Positions 48,201 to 56,175 of a stretch of DNA of 64,000 nucleotides are shown here, in pieces; position 1 is the first letter of the stretch, and each line of letters starts with the position of its first letter. Source of the stretch: Lepidodermella squamata (taxonomy: Eukaryota > Animalia > Gastrotricha); contig JBLDXI010000036.1 in assembly GCA_047495785.1 (NCBI GenBank), forward strand, positions 1,116,001 through 1,180,000. The letters run 5' to 3'. The notes under the pieces are model-generated. The model was not told where the DNA came from, ran no database searches, and saw only the letters and a list, made by a program, of their open reading frames with translations. The position numbers and the translations under genes are program-made.

Positions 48201-51200
48201 TTGTTCAATTCTTGAGCGATAATTTCAGCTCTACGCTTATCGACCATTTTTTGGATGATCCTCAATTGCCTTAGAGCGCCTTTGATGTTAAAGACCTCCA
48301 TGTAATACTTTACATCAGAGATCCAAGTATTGAAATTGTTCTCATTGGGGTCAAACTTTTGCACCTTATCGTGAAGCTTTAACTCACTATTAGAGATTTG
48401 CTCGTCATCCGAGTCCGATTCCTCACGATTGATGAGAATCGACCTTCTATAACTGGCCATTTATGTTATTTTTATTTTTATTTTTAATAGTTAGTGGCTC
48501 AATGAGTCAACACAAGATAGGAGAAAAAATAATTCGACTGGAATTTCCTTCAGTCGTCACAAAACAATTAGACTGGAATAGCCTTTTTCGCAAAATAATA
48601 ATAATGGGCTGGAATTTCCTTCAGCCTTGAAAAATTAGCTGGAATGACCTTCAGCTTTTATTAAACTTTGACTGGAATGGCCGTCAGTCACAATACTTAT
48701 CAACTGGAATTTCCTTCAGTTGCCAGAAACAGCTTACCACTGTTTTCTATTAAACTTACCTACTGTTGTGAGTGGATGGTGGAATCGATCGTTGATCGAG
48801 CGGAGTCTCGGCGCCAATGAAGGGTTGATATCCCTGACCTGGTTCGGGGGAAACTAATAACAGCGATTAGACTGAATAATATACAAGGCAGTTCAGTAAA
48901 GCAGATCAACTGATAACTTTATTGTCATGATTTAGGGCTTATATAGCCAAGAGGACGCCAAATTAGATGAGTTGTAATGAAGTGCGTCACGTGATATTAC
49001 TGTCACGAGCGCTAGCTAGAATAATAAGAATGGACTACTGAACTAATAATTGGGACAGGGTACATAGCGATCCTCTCACCAACATACAGGGAGATTGTGA
49101 ATGAACTATTGGGAAGTATTGATACGAGCTTGCTGCTCGTCACTTCCAAATAGCCGGTTGAGTTATCGACAGAAAGCGCTGTATTAGGGTAGTCGAACGG
49201 GCCGGACACAAACGAGGGCGAGGAGCCAATGAACGATGATTCAACGTTATTGCCACTAACATCACGGATGCCGTATTCCTGAGTGAGAGGGAAGAAAGCC
49301 AGCGAGCCAGGCAAGCTGAAAGGAGTCTCTGCAAAAAGACGGAGATCATTCTCAAGAAACCGTTAATTGCTGATTAAACGCACGCTGTTTGCAATCCTTC
49401 AATGTGGCGTACGTGGTGCTATCGGCTTGCGTCTATTTCGTCAAATTTCGATATTCATAACTCGTATCAATAGAAATTCATACTCACCAAATTTTGTGGA
49501 CAGCTTTCCGCTAAGGAAACGCACACGGCCGCCATCAGAGGCTCATTCGTGCAGAGCTTGTACTGCAATAAAAAGAGGAAATTTTAGATATTTTCAAAGA
49601 TAGGGATCGGGAATCTCGGAATCCAATGTGGGATCTATTCTAGGAACCTAGATTCCATTGCTGCCTCGTTCCAGGTTGCCTTTCAACTTCTTTAAATTCT
49701 TAATCAGTACTAATTCGGCTGATAGATTGGCTAACAACAGTCAACCATGAAAATTGCAAATTTAGGCTCAATTCCGGACCCCGCTTAGTTAGAAAATCAA
49801 TGTTAGAAGCTTCCAGGTGCTATGGTTAGAGATCCACAGAGATGAATAAGTTTTCGCGCTACAACATAGAGGAGGTCAGGCGACGCGACGACCTGACCTC
49901 GCAAAATTTCTAAATTCCCCCCACAAATGCGTTACCATGGAAAATATTTTAAATAATTCTAAATTGTATTTAATTAAATATTTTTTGTGAGAATTTAATA
50001 AAATTATTGAACTTGCGTGAAGAAAATGAGGGAAAAGGCGGAATTTTTAAACTTTTACCTGCACGGAACTAAGCGGGGTCCGGAATTGAGCCAAATTTAG
50101 ACCCATTTTTTTTGTTTATGCCACTATAATTTTCGACCCTCCTCTGGAAATAAGACAAAGCACTCTGGGGTTGGGATTAACATCGCAAAATGGAGAGTTA
50201 GGTGGTTACGTTTTGTTGCGCACGTGTTCCGAGTCTTGGGTGGAGCGTGCTTGAAGTTAGCGGGGGTTGAAAATTATAGTGACATGACACTCAAAGCGCG
50301 GTACTACGGTAAGGCATTCCTGGATGTTTAGGCGCACCTTTGTTCCGATAGGAACGAAAGTTCCCACCCAATTGCCATTTTCCGCGCCCTTTCCCCTTTC
50401 CCTCATTAATTAAATGGCGACCCCCCCGAATCTCAGAAGGGCAAGGCTATATAGATCGCACAACCTTGCAAGTTATATCAATCGATAGCCCTTGACGAGG
50501 AGAGCTTAACAAAGATATTCCAGCTATTTTCGCCGGACCATCTCGAAGAAATCGTTAAAAAACTGAATTTGACCTACTTTTTCTGGGGGCATTGCCCAAT
50601 TTAAACTAGGTCAATTTGGTGCTATTTTTAGCTGCGCAATCACTAATATAGGGCCAGTACTGCGCACTTCACTAATAATAGAAATATACTGATCGCGATT
50701 TGGCCTTGGCCAGTGTTATTCGAGCTTGCATACAATTTGGCCTCCCTCCTCGGGGAGGGAGGCTTACGAAAGTTCATTGCTGACAATCATTTTATTGAAG
50801 ATGTATCCTCGTGAACAATGGCTTATTTTAGGTCACGTGACTGGGACAAAATTAAAAGCAAATTGAAAATCACACTATAGTTTAATAGATAATTTGATAT
50901 TGGGCAATCATTCGTCATTCGATCGGCATAATTGCTTCTAATATTACAGTTTTTCGGTTTATTCAAGTCATAGAGGCAGCTTATTTCCTCCCCTGTATTC
51001 GAGAACGCGATTGATCGCGTTGTATCATAGCTACCAAAGGCTTGCCCAGAGCATTAGCCATCGAAATCATGGAAAGCCATTAGCTCTGCGGTTATACATT
51101 GAACATTTCAATTGTTCCGTTAGGTGGACGCGAGATTTTAGATTCCAGTTGCTCTTCAGTGTAAAAACGGCAAATTAAGCACAATTCTTATCTCATTTAG

Positions 51201-54200
51201 ATCCATGTTTACGGCGTTCGCTTCTGCAGGATCCGATGTGTGCCATTCGAGAGTAATGGAGTATAACAGAGAGCGTTAAGGTGTTTAATCGTTGTTAATA
51301 TTACACAAGCGAGGCAAACGACTAGTAAAGCCATCAAAAGTATACAAGATTAGGCGGTGCGAATCAAACGATTGTCCCGATATGCGACAGCATAGGAAAT
51401 TTCGATCAAGTTTCGAAGGCTTGCGCCAGCTGATTATTGTACATTCAATCAAGCAAAGGTGTCGTTTTCTGTTTGTGCACTGGCATAACATAAACAACTT
51501 TGCGTAACTTCACGTTTTAACAGGTAACTTTGCTTAATTGAAGCTAAGTGATCGAAGGATGACAACAAATTGAGAATTGCGTAAGCCCGACTGGGGTTCA
51601 TTAAATCTCCCTGTCTAATTTCTAAGAAACCAGAGAAGCTCTATGGGCCCCTTCCATAGACATCAAAATCAATAGACATTCAATTAGACGACTCCGGTCT
51701 ACACAACTTTCCCTACACAACTTAGGTATAGCTATCGCTGTATACAAATTCAGATTGAAGTCGTGATTTTGGAGGTATGGATGGTCATTAGCCTTGCAAC
51801 ATACTAATGATGCCTTGCAAATAACTATCAAATAACTATCAAATCGCAGAAGGCGGGTCTCCTGTCTCCTCGACATACGACATTGGTGGAACCTGCGGTG
51901 AGCCGGTGTTGATCGGCCGTTTTATGGAGGGTGGGGCTCAGGCCCTTCCTTATGAAGGGAGGGCGTTTTGGGAGAGTTGGTTAGCCCTTTAAATCCGATC
52001 ATCTCCTACAATTCGCCTTTTTACTTTGAGCTAGCAATTCACTAGCACAAACAGCTGGATTTCTCTTTTTCAAATGATGCGTTATCATAATTATAAAGTA
52101 ATGAATAACAAATACCGTTGTCTCCATCTTGCAGGCGTCGTGATTTTCTTTGAAAGATGTTGAGTTGCCATAGACTTTAACCTGTAAACAAGACGTTGCG
52201 TTATGCAATTAAGCAGCGGTTCAAAAAATTGTTGTCTCGTATGGCACAGTAGTGTCCTATGAAAATGGCTCGTATGACACCTTGGTAAAATGACTGAAAT
52301 TTCGTTCGGAATGGGTACAATTTGAGCTAAAAATTGATCAGTTCAAGGTGAAGTTAGAAGTTAGTTAAGAAGTTAGAAAGCGAAGAAATTTTCAGAATTG
52401 CCCATGTTTATGGCTGGTTGTTTTCCGATTTTTAGTCAGAAAATGGTCAACAAATGCCCTGTTTCTTAGTCGGAATCTATTCTTGTCCGTCTACCATTTT
52501 TAGGCCCATAGAACACTTGAAATTTGGCTAAGTACACGAGTTTCCGGTTTTGGAAACGCTGCATATAATGCTGCTAAATATCTTTGGCTTCGCTGAATAA
52601 CCGATATTTTCAGGCTTATTTTCATGGAATTGTTTTAGCTATCGACAAAGCTCAGTCCAAAATACATCATTTTAATATTAACATAGCGTCATTGAATCGC
52701 TTGAACACCTTAACAAACGTTTACCCAGACAGAAATAAGTAGACCTAGAGCTCAGTAGATCTGAAAAATACTGGCTCAAAATGCCCTTTTCATGACCTAT
52801 TCCGGAAATACAGTAGTTTTGCGTTAAGCCGGACCGATTTTTAGTGAATTTAACGTCAGAAGGTTCGGCTTAGACCAAAAGTTTAGAAAAAATCGCACTT
52901 TTCATTCTGCGACAGGGTGGCTTTGGTGGGATGATTATTTTTACCCTAGAAAACAACTGTTTGAAATCGTTGTTGAACCTAAAATTCAGCTCAGCATCCC
53001 CATTTTGTCAACTCCAAGTAGTTCATTGATGTAAAATGCCTTTAAATAACTTGAATACATATGTGTTCATAAGCAGTAATTTTTCGCCCTGGTCCGGCTT
53101 AAAATTAGGCGGATTTGCATTAAGCCGGGCTGAATCGCATAGCGAGGGTCTTAACGCAGAGTGGAGTTTGTTAACTTTTTGTGATGTCGCGCATTTTTCG
53201 AAATAACAAATATAGAATTGTCGTCAAAAATATAGGTCGAGTAGCTTTGACAATTCGATATTTTACGGTATACAGTGCTCCCTCGATATAAGCAAGGGGG
53301 CGGGATCCACGCGATTGCTCTTATCGAGGGTTGCTCTTATAGAGGGCTGTTAAAGAGCTAGCGATGAATCATAAGTGCGTCGCCAGGTTTTTTTCTCAGT
53401 TGCTAGGGCGACGTTTATTTCACTGGTTAGCCATATCCAAGATAATCTGGTGTTCATGTAATGATTTTCGATGTGGTAGATAGTATTTGATATGCAAAGT
53501 TTGATCATTTGAATTCCAATTGTATTTTAAGCTGGCTGACATTTTTTAACATTTTTCTAATAATTTCTGAAAAATATTTCATCGAATAATTTCTTCATTT
53601 ATGATCAGGACACTTCGGTTACGCCAATTTACCCAGCGATAGTTGAGAGCCATCTAAATCGAATGCGATATTTTAATTTAATTGATCCAAATTTGGAAAT
53701 TTGAAGGTTAACAAAGCTTGAAAGCCTTCATTAGAATTAAATGTAGCAATTCCATTTGGTTCAAAGACAAACCATGGATACACTAGCGGATAAGCGAACA
53801 ATGTTAGGTAAAATTCGGCTAGGAGCCTGTGATGCCTAAAACCTATCCAAGGTTGAAACGCATTTTTTCTCATAAATCCGTGAAAAAACTGAAGGACTCG
53901 GGGCGAACATTGCTTGGAAATCTTGTTGGAAGTTTGCTTGAATCTTGAGTCGAAGCTGCATCCTAACTTCATTTTTTCAGAATTCTATAGAATTAAAACA
54001 GATTTACGGCATTACGATTCCTCGTGATGTGCTTTGATGGAATACAACAGCTTGAATGCCACCTTTATCTGTTCTGAAAACTTCGGTAGAACAGTAGATA
54101 ATCAGCGGTTTGCTTTTTATCGCTTTTTAAATAATTTTTCTAGACCCGTAGCGTAATCACTATCATTCTTTAAAAAATCTCATCAATGGCTAGTAGTAGT

Positions 54201-56175
54201 GTTTGTGAATGAAAAATACGAGAGAGCAAACGCGCGCGCACGATCTCAAAATTGAAGCCAGTGCTGAGATAAAAAACATCGATCTGTAAAGATGGAGATC
54301 AAGAGATCACGAGGCGCCGCCGTCCAACTGAAAAATCGAAAACGCCAGGAGCAGTGTTACAATTCTGTTGCTAACGTAAACAAATTCTTCATGTAAATTA
54401 AAAATTATCATGTAAACAATTTTAATTTGTCGAAAAATAATTTTTTAACAAATAAAATCAACGGGATCCAAAAAAAGTTGCTAGTAGCGAGGGATTGCTC
54501 TTATCGGGGTTGCTTATATCGAGGGAGCACTGTAACATTCGTAAATCGTTCATATCTGAACTCGCCGCACTCGATTTACTCATCGCAACTCGCCTCCGGC
54601 TCGTTCCGACTCGTAAATCTCGGGCGGCTCCGTACAGATATAAACGTTTTACTCATGTCATACCATACAAATATAAACTTTGAAGCCTATATACTCCTAT
54701 TTCCTATGAATATCAGCCTATTTTTATATCGATCGACTCCTGGTTAATTTGATCTTGAAAGCGGCATGAAAATCTCACGATCCTAACAAGCTCACAAACC
54801 CCAAGTTTTCACTAAGTATTCAAAGGCAGGATCTAAGAGCATCGATCTTGTATATGTCTTAATTTTACAATTACGATCACTATAAAGTCGAAACCATACG
54901 ATAGATCTACCTAACGAAATGATTCACTCACCCGCGTACCACTGGGAACAATTCCATAGCACTGATTGCCTTTGCCTGTGATACATTGAACAGCTCTCTA
55001 TTAAAGCATATGAAAACAAAATGATGACATAGCAGATTTCTTCTAAATGTTTACCCCAGCTAGGCAGTTAGCTTTGTTGGCAAACGTCGCAGACGAAAAT
55101 TCTCGCGTTTCAGACCCAGCCTGGCAGCCCGGTGTCTCAGGACGGCAATCGATGAAGCTTCCGGTGGACGAGCTGAAGCACCTTACATGCGGCTTCTCGC
55201 TTTCAGCAACTTTTACTGTTAACGGCATGATGAACTAGTTAGATCAATGATCATAAATCGAAAATAACTCACGTGATGTTCCAGAGATGCAGAGGCCTAA
55301 ATTAGCGTACTGGCTGCCACCTTCGAGCTATGCGGAAAGAATAGAAATTACGATCAGCTCGATGAGCACCAATTGTTATAAACCCAGTTCTCGGGACACG
55401 TGTAGTTGACTGGAACACATGTTTTCACCACGCCATTGTCCGAGCATCGCTTGAAAGACTGATTCTAAACATTAAAAAGACGTGAAATACAATGAATATT
55501 CTAGCGCTGATGAATTACCGCTAATTTCGATTTCGCATTATTACATGCGGTCAAACTTTCCTTCAGCGACGTATTTCTGAACCAATCAAGCTAAATAATC
55601 ATTTCAAATAAAATTAAAATAACACAGTAGATAGCGCTGAAAGTTTACCTCAATTTCTCTGTCGGCAGCCGGTTCGCCAGATAATTTGCAGTTGGCAAGG
55701 CCGGGATTGCAACGTGGTGTCAGGGCGCCGTATTTGTAGCACATTTTAGCATTCTGTTTTTTATTTGGATAACAATAATTAAAAGTAACGAGACCTGATA
55801 TTCAACTTCCTACCCCTGATCGGCAGGATTGCAAATCTGGGAACAATGGGCCCCACTGTATTCAAGGAAATAAATATATAATAATGATAGCGGAGTGGAA
55901 AATTGAAACGAATTCAAGATTAATTTGATGAAAATTGTTTATTGTTTCAGGCAATTTAAGGAACTAATTTTGCAATTTAAGATTCAATTTTCCTAATCCA
56001 AATTAAAATTCTAAAATAAAGATACCTGATACTCAGTGATGGGATCACAGGTAGGGTTGTTATCGCGGCACGAAGCGAAGGCGTTGTTGGTCACCTGGAA
56101 GCATCGCTTGAACACCTGGCCCGAGACCTGGCTGATACAAAAGATCGAGATGACTGTTGAAATAAATGCTCTCAT
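39202..56175 (-). CDS. Paralogue A3: secreted protein, 6 four-Cys modules + 2 ConA-like/LamG domains; LamG1 exon interrupted by a Gypsy element
   Basis: ATG at 56175; exons 1-8 at 56175-54932, exon 9 ~52181-52116, exons 10-12 ~49563-49080, continuation 41936-41820, then 40244-39392 and 39337-39202 (VPGMR*). The empty site reads SLYVGFSDFSKNYFPVFEFY, matching A2 SLYAGFADFSDAKFPILEFY. Confidence 0.8.
41184..41760. mobile_element. CATAGAC-family element, left half
   Basis: Begins catagacaacactgtaacagatagga and is collinear with 18317-18900. Confidence 0.75.
41938..42198 (-). repeat. 3' LTR
   Basis: Identical by eye to 48818-49078; preceded by the polypurine tract. Confidence 0.97.
42293..42868 (-). 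CDS. Gypsy ORF3 (191 aa), non-env accessory protein with a CCHC zinc knuckle
   Basis: Intact sense ORF between pol and the PPT; CSNCGKLGHAASRC; Pro/Ala-rich linker; TTTCAG acceptor ending 14 nt upstream of the ATG (42882); no signal peptide or C-terminal TM segment. Confidence 0.8.
   Translation of the reverse strand: MSDIEMHQLSAALPATESENEFLVKTIAQSAFACDGILDAKFDFRLTRTQVGEAASSMSGEPDWKLLFIPLILQHVTSASIRTRLVKAMATAFKEALLPAPPLAVPATVLPSVATASAVPDAPAALLPPGPGSTSGAGYFRRSALPCSNCGKLGHAASRCWGILGRPKPQQAGDDMAKHMKKMIMMKMLED
43656..47381 (-). CDS. pol: Pol polyprotein (protease, RT, RNase H, integrase), probably reached by -1 frameshift
   Basis: VVDTG protease; DISSAYW, RMPFG and LQDD RT motifs; TDAS and TDHQPL RNase H; H..H..CDLC, D-D-E and GPF integrase motifs; uninterrupted 1233-aa ORF from 47357, open upstream to the slippery site. 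Confidence 0.95.
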   Translation of the reverse strand, partial: KKLDDTRSMNVPQVEKSPSNVNNFLLSPEAEGSRDMLAYVITLPGSIEKVCVVDTGCKYNLIPMSVVKQLTDVNIEKCPVILKCGNGTDLPHEGQVTLIFSLGTKKLRDTFIIASTVLKDTIILGRTFLKNNKAITEHKNGNLKFEDDDKNTTWCINMPKVSIGFSKGEIVLLVGETPTNFYHLPMYLTEKGSSLPVISYDSKQWFNDLEDEFCNNEDIDRICVPQMCEKEFDWAQFLKETMPDSSVEERAKIMNLIDNYPCFSKRGEVGLAKGVHHKIDFLPEADANKFVIKPKNFSPTQDVIIEEHKNEMLQNNIIRECPHAQFAFYPVLVKKKDSDKLRFTIDFSPMNPFLKPEAQIMPNMPKLIEAAAGHKFYCQIDISSAYWTIPLREEDQEKTAFRTRSGVYCFTRMPFGIKNASNEMQNYVNQLLDGLLYKTCVVLQDDINIWADTIEEMLERLREVLSRILKSGMLLKPQKCRFLVKEVKFLGTIISESGIAADPNKLSSIRNCEPPQTIKKLRAFLGLANFLRNFVPDYAELVSPLTAATGGGKGKGKLKWTDKMLESFEKVKKAFLNPPVLTPPNYNKPFILYTDASNEALGALLCQEVDGKLKLVASASKSLTQAERHYATIKKEAYAIFWSVARKFRQYLLGQTFVIRTDHQPLLALRTLETPNAQMNRWMLELQEFEFRLEYVPGKNQYADALTRCFPSEDQETDFIHLIYLKELSWNFDELSQAQWTDPEIGPVINSKKQGTREIGEIDNPETKKRIDCIMRNFDRLEQDPSRGNAWCKRLPTGELSLLVPRAWRKYVMYQSHDAPSGGHFGSNKTIKRVRDHYWWPLMPSDIRHYCQGCDLCQKRKAETRALRGGMKSLMASKPFEMISIDFVGPINPPTIRGNAHILTIVEHFCHFAQAKPMKTITAEATADALESYFLQYGIPDVLLTDRGTQFESDLIKDFCEKWGIEKVRTTSYYPQGDGVTERYNRVLADTIAMMARKYRKNWDKNLDVVTYAFNATAHKATGVSPHEMVFGRKLKDPLYLMCGDNKITQTTSPSEYIEEKMKIMSKIWKEAQTRAKADFESRKKRADANLKPISFKVGDLVRKKVIDRDGKFGDRFAGPFEVVEVFPDNANIVRLKFGESNTDTVNVSKIDLWKNQPEHLIFHPIEEVTEEGEEAIDYSIPNILATDGQKTVPHQYNTRSKARNTDVNPVIENKGTNLLSSAKEKFSSFVNSIFSDTKNK
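47372..48460 (-). CDS. gag: Gag (362 aa) with C-terminal CCHC knuckle
   Basis: First ORF after the PBS; CFNCGDRYHIERNC. Confidence 0.92.
   Translation of the reverse strand: MASYRRSILINREESDSDDEQISNSELKLHDKVQKFDPNENNFNTWISDVKYYMEVFNIKGALRQLRIIQKMVDKRRAEIIAQELNKRVVSLDATIARLCQPEGTAVSQGTARVFLKNLIQGNDTIDVFISQIESFVTIGYPNGGRDACDRATECLIGGMSNKKIQTILIEAWDKDPHIEYAAVLQLLENENRSWEKKNTQAKLSGPITASQLSGQDPKPSKVTSSVTNAETENKKLASEVSDLKNMFTDFQKQLASKQFDTPQVSTQAPQVYYNHPHAFNPPPSAFPSRPQMPNYSNTPNAPFQNRRFPQTAVSGNNQQYQPATSNWRDPSIRGCFNCGDRYHIERNCPKPRNQPTSNSKN
47375..47381 (-). promoter_or_regulatory. -1 ribosomal frameshift heptamer A AAA AAC
   Basis: Gag ends TCA AAA AAC TAG; the -1 frame reads AAA CTA GAT GAT ACC CGG TCG ATG into pol and has a TAA just upstream, confining the shift to this site. 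Confidence 0.85.
48535..48722 (-). repeat. Array of six ~20-nt hairpin repeats in the Gypsy 5' leader
   Basis: Sense-strand core CTGAAGG-NN-ATTCCAG every 30-36 nt, with variable but complementary flanks; one copy degenerate. Confidence 0.9.
48818..49078 (-). repeat. 5' LTR
   Basis: Identical by eye to 41938-42198; minus-strand TATATAA and AATAAA (48918-48923). Confidence 0.97.
49765..50092. mobile_element. MITE in an A3 intron
   Basis: 26-bp TIR ggctcaattccggaccccgcttagtt; 7-8-bp flanking duplication (c)aaattta. Confidence 0.85.
50119..50284. mobile_element. Small MITE-like element
   Basis: Imperfect TIR tgccactataattttcgaccc / gggttgaaaattatagtgaca. Confidence 0.55.
53273..54532. mobile_element. 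Tc1/mariner-pogo (Tigger-like) element in A3 intron 8
   Basis: TA|cagtgctccctcgatataagcaa ... ttgcttatatcgagggagcactg|TA; a related inverted fragment lies at ~40290-40575. Confidence 0.85.

Larger units (their letters stand above)
41938..49078 (-). mobile_element. Full-length, very recent Ty3/Gypsy LTR retrotransposon (7141 bp)
   Basis: 261-bp LTRs at 41938-42198 and 48818-49078, identical by eye, TG...CA; TSD CCAAC (41933-41937, 49079-49083); PBS TGGCGCCGAGACTC 1 nt after the 5' LTR; PPT AAGGGAGGGG before the 3' LTR; order PR-RT-RH-IN. Confidence 0.98.

Noticed and set aside
48535-48722. CRISPR-like array (palindromic repeats with unique spacers)
   Set aside because: Repeats vary with covarying stems, spacers are only ~10-15 nt and AT-rich, there are no cas genes, and it lies in a eukaryotic retrotransposon leader
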